From contig DATJHH010000009.1 in NCBI GenBank assembly GCA_035494115.1, positions 188,470 through 252,469 of the forward strand: DNA of 64,000 nt. Direction: 5' to 3'. Source of the stretch: Xanthobacteraceae bacterium. GTDB taxonomy: Bacteria > Pseudomonadota > Alphaproteobacteria > Rhizobiales > Xanthobacteraceae. Below, in pieces: positions 17,955 to 28,168 of this stretch. Positions within the stretch are counted from its first letter, which is position 1. Every line of letters starts with the position of its first letter. Both the position numbers and the translations under genes were made by a program. The notes beneath the pieces are model-generated. The model did no database searches. It was not told where the DNA came from and saw only the letters and a program-made list of their open reading frames with translations.

Positions 17955-18494
17955 TTATCGGTTGGCAGTGCGCGTCGGCGCGATGCTCCCGGTTACCGCC
18001 GCATGGCCGCCGAGCCGGTTCCAGTCCACACTACGGCAGACGATTCCGCTCAGCACGCACCCTGTCGTCTTCATATGGGCGCCGGAAAGCTGGAGCGTCA
18101 TGTCGTAACTCATCTTGCGCTGACGGTCATAGGCCGATCCCGCCAGCTTGTTCTGCGCTTCCGGCGCCAGCGTCATGACCAGAACATCGCCGACATTCTC
18201 GCCGTTTGCTCCGGGCTTTGCGACCCAGGTATTGACCGCGCACAAAGACTTCCCGCAGCGGGAAATCCGGATATGCGACCCTCCGTCGCCCCGGCTCCAG
18301 CTTCCTGTGGCGTTGACGGATTGAGCGTGGGCGGCCGGAATGGTGACGGCCAATGCCGCAAGGGCGAGTGTGGCCGGAACAAGCGCGCGCACGCGGCGGG
18401 CGACGCGTAACGCTGTGGGAACGACCGGGTGAGGGGACGGGAGAGCAGGCGGAAAAGCGGATGTGAGAGCGGGGATCTTTATCAGATGTGTCAT
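17955..18494 (-). CDS. DUF2147-like secreted protein (tandem paralogue)
   Basis: Start at MTHLIK (18494). Long signal region ending AHAQS. GSWSRGDG..IRISRCGKSLC...TGCVLSGIVCRSVDWNRL parallels the neighbour. Confidence 0.65.
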   Translation of the reverse strand: MTHLIKIPALTSAFPPALPSPHPVVPTALRVARRVRALVPATLALAALAVTIPAAHAQSVNATGSWSRGDGGSHIRISRCGKSLCAVNTWVAKPGANGENVGDVLVMTLAPEAQNKLAGSAYDRQRKMSYDMTLQLSGAHMKTTGCVLSGIVCRSVDWNRLGGHAAVTGSIAPTRTANR

Positions 18495-18980
18495 CAGGAA
18501 CCCTGACTTGGCGTGATTGAATGAATGTTCCAATACGGCGGAACGACGAGGCAGGCACAGATCGGAGCCCCGATAGGGGGCGGCTTCTGGCGCAAGGGCT
18601 GACCGCAAAACGAGGCAGACAGACAACGAAGCTCTGAAGGCCAACAAAGCTGAGGCGCTAAAGTTCGGCACAATCCGAACCAGCGTCGCCCGCCGCGGGG
18701 CTGACCCGAATGACCGGTGAAAGGGTGTTGATTTGCCAGCAATTCGGCATAGTTACGGGAACGGCTGGCAAAAGTTTCCGGTCGGGGTCGTCGAAATTGT
18801 GGTACACGGCATCGCGTTTCTGCTACGGCCTGTCTTCGCATTGGGTGGTCCGGACTTTAAGGCGCAAGTCTTGGGTCGCGGGCTCCGGGGCTACTATCCG
18901 CGGGCCCTGTCGCGCGGGCGTCGTCGTTCGGAACCGGGCGATGCTCGCCGCATGATCCCTTTCACCGTGATCTTTGCTGC

Positions 18981-20033
18981 ATGATCAATGCCTTGCAAAC
19001 GGCTGCCAACTTCATCGACCGGAAAATCGGTTGGAGCAGAATCGGGCTCATCGTCAGCCTGACGATCATCGCGGTTGCGCTGCACACGCTGTTCAAGCTG
19101 CTGCAACATATCGACATCCAGAAGATTATTGACGCCATCCGGGAAAAGCAGGGCCGCGAGATCGCGATCGCCGCAGGCGCTGTCGCCGCCGGCTACTTCA
19201 CGCTGACATTTTATGATCTGTTCGCGCTGCGTACGATCGGCCGCAGCGATATCCCTTACCGGATCGCAGCGCTGTCGGGATTCACCAGCTATGCCGTCGG
19301 TCATAATATCGGCGCCACGGTCCTGACCGGCGGTGCGGTGCGCTACCGCATTTATTCGGCGCATGGGCTCGACGCTGTCGAGGTCGCCAAACTGTGCTTC
19401 GTCGCCGGGCTGACCTTCTGGCTCGGCAATGCAACCGTGCTCGGGCTTGGCATTCTTTATGTGCCGGGTGCCGCGGCGCGCGTCGACCAGCTCCCGCCGT
19501 CGGTGAACGCGGTCGTTGCCGTCATCGCGCTCATTATTCTTGCAGCCTATATCGTCTGGGTTTGGAGCGGCCGGCGCACACTGGGGCGCGGCGGTTGGCT
19601 CGTGGAACTGCCGAACGGTCCCTCGACGCTGTTGCAGATCACCATTGGCATCGTCGATCTCTCGTGCTGCACGCTGGCAATGTACATGCTGCTGCCGGAC
19701 CAGCCGCATATCGGCTTTGTGACGCTGGCCGTTATTTTCGTGTCGGCAACGCTTTTGGGATTTGCCAGCCATGCGCCGGGTGGCATCGGCGTGTTCGACG
19801 CGGCGATGATGATTGCGCTGTTGCAGTACGATAAGGAAGACCTGGTCGCCGGCCTGCTGATCTTCCGTTTTCTCTATTACGCTTGTCCGTTCGTTCTTGC
19901 GCTCGTCATTTTAGGCGTGCGCGAAATTTTGCTCGGCATCAAGCCGGTGCGGGCTGAACTGAAACGGGAGCATGCGGTGATAAAGTCCGAATCCGCAGCA
20001 CAGCAACTGCCGGTCGCACCTCCGCAAGATTGA
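18981..20033 (+). CDS. UPF0104/YbhN-like integral membrane protein (LPG-synthase TM-domain family)
   Basis: 350 aa, ~8 TM segments. N-terminus RIGLIVSLTIIAVALHTLFKLL..., then TFYDLFALR and GGAVRYRIY. Confidence 0.6.
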   Translation: MINALQTAANFIDRKIGWSRIGLIVSLTIIAVALHTLFKLLQHIDIQKIIDAIREKQGREIAIAAGAVAAGYFTLTFYDLFALRTIGRSDIPYRIAALSGFTSYAVGHNIGATVLTGGAVRYRIYSAHGLDAVEVAKLCFVAGLTFWLGNATVLGLGILYVPGAAARVDQLPPSVNAVVAVIALIILAAYIVWVWSGRRTLGRGGWLVELPNGPSTLLQITIGIVDLSCCTLAMYMLLPDQPHIGFVTLAVIFVSATLLGFASHAPGGIGVFDAAMMIALLQYDKEDLVAGLLIFRFLYYACPFVLALVILGVREILLGIKPVRAELKREHAVIKSESAAQQLPVAPPQD

Positions 20034-20057
20034 CGATCGCGCCGCGCGGCAGTCCAA

Positions 20058-20090
20058 TAAAAAAAGCCGCGCGAATGCGCGGCTTTTTCG
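20058..20090. terminator. Bidirectional rho-independent terminator
   Basis: AAAAAAA-GCCGCGC-GAAT-GCGCGGC-TTTTT lies between the convergent genes ending at 20033 and 20116. Confidence 0.6.
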
Positions 20091-20115
20091 TTTCGAGACA
20101 TTCGACTGGCTTCGC

Positions 20116-20610
20116 TTACGTCCGCGCCGCGGGGCGAGGCCGCCGCCGGTCCGAGGCCGGCTGATAGGCGATGCGCGAGTGATAGGAGCAATAGGGCAGT
20201 TCGGCTTGGGTATTGCCGCCGCAGAAATAGAATTCCTGGCTGCTCGGATCGCCCACCGGCCAGCGGCAGGTGTGCTCGTTGAGTTCCAGGATCGTGCGCC
20301 GCTGTCCCATCGGTACAACGTTTTCGATGATCTGCTGCTCCGGCTCTTCTTCCGTGTCGAAGGAATAGGCGAGCGCCGTGTTGCCGCGTACCGCCGGCCG
20401 CGAAATCCGCAGCGTGGTGCTGCGCGGCTTGCGCGGCCGCGGAACCGCAGAGGACGGGCTTTTGGCGCGGCCCGAAAGGCCAAGGCGATGCACCTTGCCG
20501 ATGACCGCATTGCGCGTGACGCCGCCAAGCTCGGCTGCGATCTGGCTGGCCGAAAGGCCATCCGCCCAAAGTTTCTTCAGGAGTTCAACGCGTTCGTCGG
20601 TCCAACCCAT
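20116..20610 (-). CDS. gcrA: Cell-cycle transcriptional regulator GcrA
   Basis: MGWTDERVELLKKLWADGLSASQIAAELGGVTRNAVIGKVHRLGL N-terminus and the conserved C-terminal CRWPVGDP..FCG..YC. Confidence 0.9.
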   Translation of the reverse strand: MGWTDERVELLKKLWADGLSASQIAAELGGVTRNAVIGKVHRLGLSGRAKSPSSAVPRPRKPRSTTLRISRPAVRGNTALAYSFDTEEEPEQQIIENVVPMGQRRTILELNEHTCRWPVGDPSSQEFYFCGGNTQAELPYCSYHSRIAYQPASDRRRPRPAART

Positions 20611-20682
20611 GTCCAGGTCTCCTCGCTTGGCTTGTCCACCTGTGCCGCGCCGCCTGATCCGAGCCGCTGAATTCCGATCCCG

Positions 20683-20818
20683 GAATCCTTGCGCGCAGTC
20701 CGGCCAACCGCTCGTCGCGGCTCTCCAGATTCACACGCCGATCTCTCTGACACAGGTGGCTGTCGCCCCTACGATATGCTGTAGGCGACGAGTGAAAAGC
20801 TACAATATCGCGTGACTC
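20683..20818. promoter_or_regulatory. Cluster of three GANTC (CcrM methylation) sites upstream of gcrA
   Basis: GAATC at 20683-20687, GATTC at 20728-20732 and GACTC at 20814-20818, all within 136 bp of the gcrA upstream region. Confidence 0.3.
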
Positions 20819-21060
20819 CGGCGCAAGGCTCAACACGCCACGTCCACATCTTCTCGAACATCTTGCCCATCATAGCGGGGGAAAAGTGGCATTCGTCTGT
20901 TGGGCTGCGCCGGCTATGTCGCTTTTTTGTCGCGCGTTGCACGCAATCCCCGGGCCGTTGACACTCCGCCACGCAATAATAAAATAACACCTTCGCTTCA
21001 AATCGCGCTCCGTGCCGCCCCGGATGGCGGCACATTTGCTTTTTAGGACCCCTATCCGAG

Positions 21061-22293
21061 ATGTCGTCTTCCCCCTCGCCGCACCTGATGCCGACCTATA
21101 ACCGGACCGATCTCGCCTTTGAGCGCGGGGAGGGCGTGTGGCTGGTGACGACAACGGGTGAGCGCTATCTCGATTTCGGCTCCGGCATCGCGGTCAATGC
21201 GCTTGGCCATGCGCACCCGCATCTGGTCGAGGCATTGCGGACGCAGGCCGGCAATCTTTGGCATACGTCCAATCTCTATCGTATTCCGGCTGGCGAACGG
21301 CTCGCTGAGCGGCTTTGCGCGGCGACCTTTGCCGACGTGGTGTTTTTTACGAATTCCGGCGCCGAGGCGCTCGAATGCGCGATCAAGTCCGCGCGGAAAT
21401 ACCAGGCCGTTTCCGGCCGTCCGGAACGCTACCGCCTGGTGACCTTCGAGGGCGCCTTCCACGGCCGCACGCTTGCGACCATCGCTGCCGGTGGGCAGAA
21501 GAAATATCTCGAAGGGTTCGGGCCGCCGGTCGAAGGCTTCGATCAGGCTATTTTTGGCGATATCGCGTCGGTCAAAGCGCTGATCGGTCCGGAGACGGCG
21601 GGCATTCTCGTCGAGCCAATCCAGGGCGAGGGCGGCATCCGTGGCGCGCAGCCGCAATTTTTGCGCGGCTTGCGTGAACTGTGTGACCAGCACGGTCTGC
21701 TTCTCGTGTTCGACGAAGTGCAGACCGGCATGGGACGCAGCGGCAGCCTTTTTGCCTATCAGCAATTCAACGTCACGCCGGATATCATGGCGATCGCCAA
21801 GGGCATCGGCGGCGGCTTTCCGCTCGGTGCCTGTCTTGCGACCGCGGAAGCTGCCAAGGGCATGACTGCGGGCACGCATGGCTCGACCTATGGTGGCAAT
21901 CCGCTCGCCATGGCGGTCGGCAATGCGGTGCTCGATGTCGTGCTCGCGCCGGGTTTTCTCGATGGCGTGCGGCAGAAGTCGTTGCTGCTCAAGCAGCGGC
22001 TGGCTGCGATCAAGGATCGTTTCCCGGCACTCATTGCCGAAGTCCGCGGCGAAGGCCTGCTGATCGGCTTACGCATGGTCACGCCCAACACGCAGATGAT
22101 CGACGCGCTGCGCGCCGAAAAACTGCTCGCGGTCGGCGCCGGCGATAATGTCGTGCGGCTGCTCCCGCCGCTCATCGTCAGCGACGAAGAGTTGGCCGAT
22201 GCCGCCGCGCGCCTGACCCGCGCCTGCGAAAGCCTGTCCGCGCAGCAGACAGCGTCGGCGAAAGCCGAAATGAAGGTTGGGACCGCGCCATGA
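21061..22293 (+). CDS. argD: Acetylornithine aminotransferase (class III PLP aminotransferase)
   Basis: [16 protein letters not shown]....G.RYLDF..GIAVN.LGH and [14 protein letters not shown]-coupled to argF. Confidence 0.85.
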   Translation: MSSSPSPHLMPTYNRTDLAFERGEGVWLVTTTGERYLDFGSGIAVNALGHAHPHLVEALRTQAGNLWHTSNLYRIPAGERLAERLCAATFADVVFFTNSGAEALECAIKSARKYQAVSGRPERYRLVTFEGAFHGRTLATIAAGGQKKYLEGFGPPVEGFDQAIFGDIASVKALIGPETAGILVEPIQGEGGIRGAQPQFLRGLRELCDQHGLLLVFDEVQTGMGRSGSLFAYQQFNVTPDIMAIAKGIGGGFPLGACLATAEAAKGMTAGTHGSTYGGNPLAMAVGNAVLDVVLAPGFLDGVRQKSLLLKQRLAAIKDRFPALIAEVRGEGLLIGLRMVTPNTQMIDALRAEKLLAVGAGDNVVRLLPPLIVSDEELADAAARLTRACESLSAQQTASAKAEMKVGTAP

Positions 22294-23279
22294 TGCAGGC
22301 CCCGGAACAGCAGACGCCACGCCATTTCCTCGACCTCACCGACGTGCCGGCCAAAGACCTGCATGCCATTTTGGCGCATGCCCGGACCATGAAGGCCGCG
22401 CGTAAAAGCGGAAAAGACAAAAACGGCGCGTTAAAGAACGGCGCATCCGACAACGGCGGTGCGTCTTCGCGTCCGCTCGCCGGCAAGACGCTGGCGATGA
22501 TTTTCGACAAGCCTTCGACGCGCACGCGCGTATCCTTCGACATCGCCATGCGCCAGCTCGGCGGCGAGGCGCTGATGCTTACCGCGCAGGAGATGCAGCT
22601 CGGCCGCGGCGAAACCATCGCCGATACAGCGCGCGTGCTGTCGCGCTATGTCGATGCGATCATGATCCGCACGCTCGAGCATGCGACCCTCGCCGAACTC
22701 GCCGAAAGCGCATCGGTGCCGGTCATTAATGGTCTCACGCGGTGTTCGCATCCCTGCCAGGTCATGGCGGACGTGATGACGTTCGAGGAGCATCGCGGCG
22801 CCATCAAAGGCCGCACGATCGCCTGGACCGGCGACACCAATAATGTGCTCGTATCCTGGATGCACGCGGCCGCACGTTTCGCGTTTTCGCTGCGCGTGGC
22901 GACGCCGCCTCAACTTGCGCCGGACAAGACGTTGCGCGACTGGATCAAGACCTCCGGAGCTGACATCCGTCTCGGCCATGATCCCTTCGACGCCGCAAAA
23001 AACGCGGATTGTCTCGTCACCGATACCTGGGTCTCGATGGGTGATCGGGATGCCAAGCAGCGTCACAATATGCTGCGCCCCTATCAGGTGAATGTGGAAC
23101 TGATGCAACACGCAAAGCCCGATGCCCTGTTCATGCATTGCCTTCCGGCCCATCGCGGTGAAGAGGTGACCGACGCGGTCATGGACGGGCCGCATTCCGT
23201 CGTCTTCGACGAAGCGGAAAACCGGCTGCATGCGCAGAAAGGTATTTTGGCCTGGTGCCTGCGCGCGGACGGTGCATGA
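22290..23279 (+). CDS. argF: Ornithine carbamoyltransferase
   Basis: PRHFLDL, STRTR, HPCQ and [11 protein letters not shown] motifs. Carries a low-complexity insert near residues 40-61. Confidence 0.9.
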   Translation: MMQAPEQQTPRHFLDLTDVPAKDLHAILAHARTMKAARKSGKDKNGALKNGASDNGGASSRPLAGKTLAMIFDKPSTRTRVSFDIAMRQLGGEALMLTAQEMQLGRGETIADTARVLSRYVDAIMIRTLEHATLAELAESASVPVINGLTRCSHPCQVMADVMTFEEHRGAIKGRTIAWTGDTNNVLVSWMHAAARFAFSLRVATPPQLAPDKTLRDWIKTSGADIRLGHDPFDAAKNADCLVTDTWVSMGDRDAKQRHNMLRPYQVNVELMQHAKPDALFMHCLPAHRGEEVTDAVMDGPHSVVFDEAENRLHAQKGILAWCLRADGA

Positions 23280-24325
23280 CGGACATCAGCGCACGCGAAC
23301 GATTGCCGTCTGCGACCTCGGTGGACGACACCATCCTTCCTTTCGAAGTGGCGCCGCTCGACTGCCGCGGCCGCGTCGTGCGGTTGGGGCCGGCCGTCGA
23401 CAGTATTCTTGCACGCCATGCCTATCCCGCGCCGGTGGCCAAGCTTTTGGGCGAAGCCATCGTGCTGACCGCGATGCTTGGGGCGACGCTCAAATTCGAA
23501 GGCCGTTTCATCCTGCAGACGCAGAGCGATGGGCCGGTGCGCATGCTGGTGGTCGATTACACGACGCCGGGTCAGATTCGCGCCTGCGCCCGTTTCGACA
23601 AAACCCGCGTCGCCGCGGCGATTGAAAGGCAGGAAACATCGACCGGCGCGTTGCTTGGTTCCGGCCATCTGGCGATGACCATCGATCAGGGCGCCGACAT
23701 GAGCCGCTATCAGGGGCTCGTCGCGCTGACCGGGGAATCGCTCGAGGAGGCCGCGCACGAATATTTCCTGCGCTCCGAACAGATTCCGACGCGCGTGCGC
23801 CTTGCCGTGGCGGAAGAGTTGCGGCCGGCTGCGCAGGGCGGACATCGCTGGCGCGCCGGCGGCATCATGCTGCAATTTCTGCCGAAGGCGCCGGAGCGGC
23901 TGCGCGGTCCCGATCTCGACCCCGGCGATGCGCCGGAAGGCGCGCCGGGGGACACCGTGCAGGAGGACGATGCCTGGGTCGAAGGGCGTTCGCTGATCGC
24001 GACGGTCGAGGACATCGAACTGATCGATCCCGACATCTCCAGCGAGCAGCTTCTGTTCCGGCTGTTTCATGAACGCGGCGTGCGCGTTTTCGACGCCGCG
24101 CAGGTGCGCGCCCAGTGCTCGTGTTCGCGCGACAACGTGACCGCGATGCTGAAGAATTTTCCCCAGGACGACCGCGATCACATGGTCAAGGACGGGGCCA
24201 TCACCGTGACTTGCGAGTTCTGCAATCGCACCTATGACATCGCGCCGGATGAGGTGGGCGCCAACCCTGAAGGCTTGCCCGAAAAGTCGCCTGACGATGC
24301 CGACGCCGCCCCCTCAATTGACTGA
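23276..24325 (+). CDS. hslO: Hsp33-family redox-regulated chaperone
   Basis: ATG at 23276 overlaps the argF stop. C-terminal zinc centre CSCSRD...CEFCNRTY. Confidence 0.85.
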   Translation: MTDISARERLPSATSVDDTILPFEVAPLDCRGRVVRLGPAVDSILARHAYPAPVAKLLGEAIVLTAMLGATLKFEGRFILQTQSDGPVRMLVVDYTTPGQIRACARFDKTRVAAAIERQETSTGALLGSGHLAMTIDQGADMSRYQGLVALTGESLEEAAHEYFLRSEQIPTRVRLAVAEELRPAAQGGHRWRAGGIMLQFLPKAPERLRGPDLDPGDAPEGAPGDTVQEDDAWVEGRSLIATVEDIELIDPDISSEQLLFRLFHERGVRVFDAAQVRAQCSCSRDNVTAMLKNFPQDDRDHMVKDGAITVTCEFCNRTYDIAPDEVGANPEGLPEKSPDDADAAPSID

Positions 24326-24706
24326 GGGCCGCTCATACGGCGTGTCGAGCGAAAACAGGGGAATTTCGATCTCGAAGGGCTCGCCGGCGGCGCTGACCAT
24401 GCCGTAGGTTCCGCCCATGATGCCGTTCGGGGTCGCCAGCGGCACGCCGCTCGTATATTCGAAAGATTGTCCCGGCTCGATCACGGGCTCTTCGCCGACG
24501 ACGCCTGTGCCGTTGACTTCCTGGCGGCGGCCGAAGGCGTCGGTGATGCGCCAGTGCCGCGTCTTGAGTTGCACCGTATCCGTTCCGCGATTGCGGATGG
24601 CGATGGTGTAGGCCCAGAAATAGTAGCTTTTTTCCGGCGAGGACCGATCCGCCTGGAAATCCGGCATGACGGTGACCTCAATGCCTTTTGTGGTGGCGCT
24701 GTACAT
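24314..24706 (-). CDS. apaG: ApaG (DUF525) protein
   Basis: 130 aa. YFWAYTIAIRN.G...VQL..RHW.ITDA.G...EV.G.GVVGE.PVI.PG..FEYTSG. Confidence 0.9.
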   Translation of the reverse strand: MYSATTKGIEVTVMPDFQADRSSPEKSYYFWAYTIAIRNRGTDTVQLKTRHWRITDAFGRRQEVNGTGVVGEEPVIEPGQSFEYTSGVPLATPNGIMGGTYGMVSAAGEPFEIEIPLFSLDTPYERPSVN

Positions 24707-24809
24707 CTTTTTTCCTCAATTCACCGCCACTGAGTCGCTTGGAGCGTTTCCCTTGGCTCGCGCACAATCCGGTTAGCTGCAAGAATTATAGCCCCGAGCC
24801 ATGATGCCG

Positions 24810-24829
24810 AAAAGTGCGAAGCGGTTTTC
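24810..24829. repeat. Copy of the 20-nt intergenic motif aaaagtgcgaagcggttttc
   Basis: Exact 20-nt match to the reverse complement of 11592-11611. Lies in the apaG/opgC divergent intergenic region. Confidence 0.45.
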
Positions 24830-24957
24830 GGATGCACGGGGTGGGCTGTTTATGCCCGTGCGGTTCCCTTCCTATTCGTAGCCGGAAGTCGTGTCGAGCC
24901 GAGCTTTTTAGACGAGCCATTTCAAGAACCGATTCAGATCAAGCCATAGATCAGGCC

Positions 24958-26244
24958 ATGTCGAAACAAGACGCGCTGCAGCAAGCTGGAGATGGCGCCG
25001 AGGTGGCCGTGTCGGGAGCGACGTTGCCGGCGGACGGCGCGCCGCCAACAGCCGTGTCGCCGAAAGCCGTGCCGGTCGCGTCCGCCTTCGTTCCCGGCCA
25101 GCGCGACCTGCGTCTCGATCTTTTTCGCGGCATCGCCTTGTGGCTGATCTATCTCGATCACATCCCCTCGAACATCGTGAACCGCTTCACGATCCGCAAT
25201 TACGGCTTCAGCGACGCCACCGAAATCTTCATCTTCATTTCCGGCTACACCGCCGCCTATGTCTACGGCAGGGCGATGCGTGACCAAGGCTTTGTCATAT
25301 CGGGCGCGCGCATCCTGCGCCGCGCGTGGCAGATCTATGTCGCGCATATTTTTCTGTTCGCGATCTATCTCGCCGAAATTTCCTATGTCGCGTCGAATTT
25401 CGCCAATCCGCTTTATGCGGAGGAAATGAACATCGTCTCGTTTCTCAGCAATCCGGACACGATGATCGTCCAGGCGCTGCTGTTGAAATTCAAGCCCGTG
25501 AACATGGACGTGCTGCCGCTCTATATCGTGCTCCTCTTCATGTTTCCGCCGATCCTGTGGCTGTTGTTGCGCAGGCCGACGCTGGCGCTCGGCCTGTCCG
25601 CGGCCCTGTACGCGGCGGCGCGCATCCTCAGCCTCAACCTGCCGGCCTATCCGGGCGGCGTCTGGTTCTTCAATCCGTTCGCGTGGCAGTTGCTGTTCGT
25701 GTTTGGCGCATGGTGCGCGCTCGGCGGCGCGGCGCGTCATGCGCGGATCGTCAAATCGCCGTGGACGCTGCTCGCGGCCTGCGGCTATCTGCTCTTCTCG
25801 ATGTTCATCGCGCTGAGCTGGCGCCATGAGGGGTTGCGTGAATTCGTACCCCAGATCGTGCAGGTGATCATCGAGCCGGTCAGCAAGACCAATCTGTCGC
25901 TGCTGCGGCTTTTCCATTTCTTCGCGATTGCGGTCGTCGTCGTGAGTTTCGTGCCTTTGGACTGGCCCGCGCTCAAATCGCCGCTGCTGCGCCCGGCGAT
26001 CGTGTGCGGCCAGCATTCCCTGGAGATTTTCTGTCTCGGCGTGTTTTTGGCCTTCGCGGCGCATTTCGTGGTCGGCGAATTCTCCGGTGCGGTCACCGCG
26101 CAGGTCCTGGTTAGCATTAATGGTATTTTAATCATGATCCTGACGGCGGGCCTGATCTCGTGGTATAAGGAGATCGAAGGTCGGCGACCAAAGGCGCAAA
26201 AAAAAGACATGCCGGACGCAGATTTGGCTGGGGGTGAGGTATGA
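24958..26244 (+). CDS. OpgC-family membrane acyltransferase-like protein
   Basis: Start at MSKQDALQQ (24958). RLDLFRGIALWLIYLDHIP...FISGYT, ~10 TM segments. Confidence 0.75.
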   Translation: MSKQDALQQAGDGAEVAVSGATLPADGAPPTAVSPKAVPVASAFVPGQRDLRLDLFRGIALWLIYLDHIPSNIVNRFTIRNYGFSDATEIFIFISGYTAAYVYGRAMRDQGFVISGARILRRAWQIYVAHIFLFAIYLAEISYVASNFANPLYAEEMNIVSFLSNPDTMIVQALLLKFKPVNMDVLPLYIVLLFMFPPILWLLLRRPTLALGLSAALYAAARILSLNLPAYPGGVWFFNPFAWQLLFVFGAWCALGGAARHARIVKSPWTLLAACGYLLFSMFIALSWRHEGLREFVPQIVQVIIEPVSKTNLSLLRLFHFFAIAVVVVSFVPLDWPALKSPLLRPAIVCGQHSLEIFCLGVFLAFAAHFVVGEFSGAVTAQVLVSINGILIMILTAGLISWYKEIEGRRPKAQKKDMPDADLAGGEV

Positions 26245-27044
26245 CCAAGGCGGACTTTGGTTGGGCGCTGGCCTGCCGACGTTCGATCGGCTGCGCCACC
26301 GTCCTCGCCGCGGCGATCGGTTGCGCGGTGCTTCCCACCGATGCTGCGGCGCAAAAAGGCGTGAACTGCAGCGTGCCCCAGGACATGATCCTGAGCGAAT
26401 CCCGGCTGCCGCGCGTTACCAAAAGCGTCCACGATACCAAGGCCTTGGCGATTGCCATCCTCGGTGCGGGGGCGGCGAGCCTGCCCGGCCCGGGCGGCAA
26501 GGAAACATCCTATCCGGCGCAACTGGAAGGGGTTCTCTCGAAACGCCTGCCGGGCATTGCCGTGAAAGTCGGCGCCTATACGGTTCCGCGTCAGACTCTG
26601 AAAGAGGTGGCGCGCAACGCCAAGCGCGTGCTGGCGGAGGCCAAGCCGAACCTGGTCGTTTTGCAGGCCGGCACGGTGGACGCCATCCGCCATACCGATC
26701 TCGACGATTTTGGCGAGGAATTAGAATATCTTATCGACACCATCCAGGGTGCCGGCGCGGATGTCGTATTAGTTAATTTGCAATATAACCCGCGCCTTGA
26801 AACAATGATCCCCACGACGGCTTATTCCGGGATGATCCAGTCGATCGCAGTGGAGAAGGATGTTCCGCTGTTCGACCGGCTCGGGATCATGCGCTATTGG
26901 AGTGAATCTGGTTTTTTTGATTTCTACACGCCAACTAAGGATCCTACGATCGCCCATCAGGTGCATCACTGCATCGGTCAGGCGCTAGCCGCCCAGATTA
27001 TTGCAACCGCACGGCTGCGTGCCCGCAGCGCGTCGAACTTCTGA
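26241..27044 (+). CDS. SGNH/GDSL-hydrolase-like periplasmic protein with a degenerate block I
   Basis: ATGA-coupled to opgC and has a signal peptide. LAIAILGAGAAS replaces the GDS(L) nucleophile block. VVLQAGTVDA resembles block III. Confidence 0.55.
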   Translation: MTKADFGWALACRRSIGCATVLAAAIGCAVLPTDAAAQKGVNCSVPQDMILSESRLPRVTKSVHDTKALAIAILGAGAASLPGPGGKETSYPAQLEGVLSKRLPGIAVKVGAYTVPRQTLKEVARNAKRVLAEAKPNLVVLQAGTVDAIRHTDLDDFGEELEYLIDTIQGAGADVVLVNLQYNPRLETMIPTTAYSGMIQSIAVEKDVPLFDRLGIMRYWSESGFFDFYTPTKDPTIAHQVHHCIGQALAAQIIATARLRARSASNF

Positions 27045-27058
27045 CGGACACGTATCCG

Positions 27059-28057
27059 ATGAGAGCCAGAAAGGCGTCCTTGGAGACCGTTTGCCTTGCT
27101 GCCGCGGCGCTGATCGTGCTGGGTGTGCCTCCGGTTGCGGCACAGGCAGAGACCGGGAGCGGAGCGCATCTGCCGCGCGTGGAACACCTTGAAACATCGC
27201 ATGCCGTGACATCGCACGCCGTGCCCTTGCGGGCCGAGACCCGCAGCAGCGTGCAGGCTCAGGCCTCGGCGCAGGAGCGGAGCAAACGCGAGTCCTTCAA
27301 GGCCCTGACGACCCAGGGTGTGATGCTGCACGGGCCCGCCATCAAGGATGAAGCCGCACGCACAGCCTGCATCGCGCCGCCCGACACGCTCCAGTTTCCG
27401 ATGCGGTTGCGTCATTCGGCCGAAACGATCGCCGCGGGCAAGCCGCTGAAGATCGTCGCCATCGGCTCATCCTCGACGGCCGGCGCCGGCGCAAGCTCCG
27501 ATGCCGCCACCTATCCGAGCCGGCTCAAGGTGGAGCTTGCAGCGCTGCTGCCGCATCAAGAGATCACGGTGCTCAATCGCGGCGTCGGCGGCCAGATCAC
27601 CGCGGACATGATCGCGCGCTTCTATTCGCAGGTCCTGCCCGAAAAGCCTGATCTGGTGATCTGGCAACTCGGCACGAATTCGGTGTTGCGCGATTATCCT
27701 GTCGAGCCGGAGCGCGCGCTGGTTTCAGCCGGCATTGGCGTCCTGCGCTCGATGGGTCCGGACGTGGTTTTGCTTGATCCGCAGTTCGCGCCAAGGGTGA
27801 ACGCGCGCGGGCATATCGGCGAGATGGTCGCTCTCCTCAATGAAGAGAGCAAGCACTCCAACGTCGATATCTTCCACCGCTATGATCTGATGCGTTTCTG
27901 GCACGAGACGCGCGGCATCCCCTATTCGGTCCCGGTCAACCGCGACGGGCTGCACATGTCCGACTGGGGTTACGCCTGCCTCGCCAAGGTTCTCGCCACC
28001 GCACTGGCCGAGGCCATGACGCGGCCGATCGTGTCGGCGACCAGCACGCGGCATTAG
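27059..28057 (+). CDS. SGNH/GDSL hydrolase family protein
   Basis: Signal peptide, then IVAIGSSSTAG (block I), NRGVGGQ (block II), WQLGTNS (block III) and DGLHMS (block V). Confidence 0.7.
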   Translation: MRARKASLETVCLAAAALIVLGVPPVAAQAETGSGAHLPRVEHLETSHAVTSHAVPLRAETRSSVQAQASAQERSKRESFKALTTQGVMLHGPAIKDEAARTACIAPPDTLQFPMRLRHSAETIAAGKPLKIVAIGSSSTAGAGASSDAATYPSRLKVELAALLPHQEITVLNRGVGGQITADMIARFYSQVLPEKPDLVIWQLGTNSVLRDYPVEPERALVSAGIGVLRSMGPDVVLLDPQFAPRVNARGHIGEMVALLNEESKHSNVDIFHRYDLMRFWHETRGIPYSVPVNRDGLHMSDWGYACLAKVLATALAEAMTRPIVSATSTRH

Positions 28058-28105
28058 CCTGGATTCCAAATTCTCTCTTTGGCGGATGATGCTTCACGCA
28101 ATGTC

Positions 28106-28128
28106 ATGGCCGGGCTTGCCCCGGCCAT
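28106..28128. terminator. GC-rich hairpin between convergent genes (REP-like, possible terminator)
   Basis: ATGGCCGGG-CTTGC-CCCGGCCAT, a 9-bp stem, with TTTT 6 nt downstream. Lies between SGNH (end 28057) and metZ (end 28169). Confidence 0.4.
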
Positions 28129-28168
28129 TCACATTTTCGCAGCGCCATTTTGCGCGGGCCGGCTCGCG

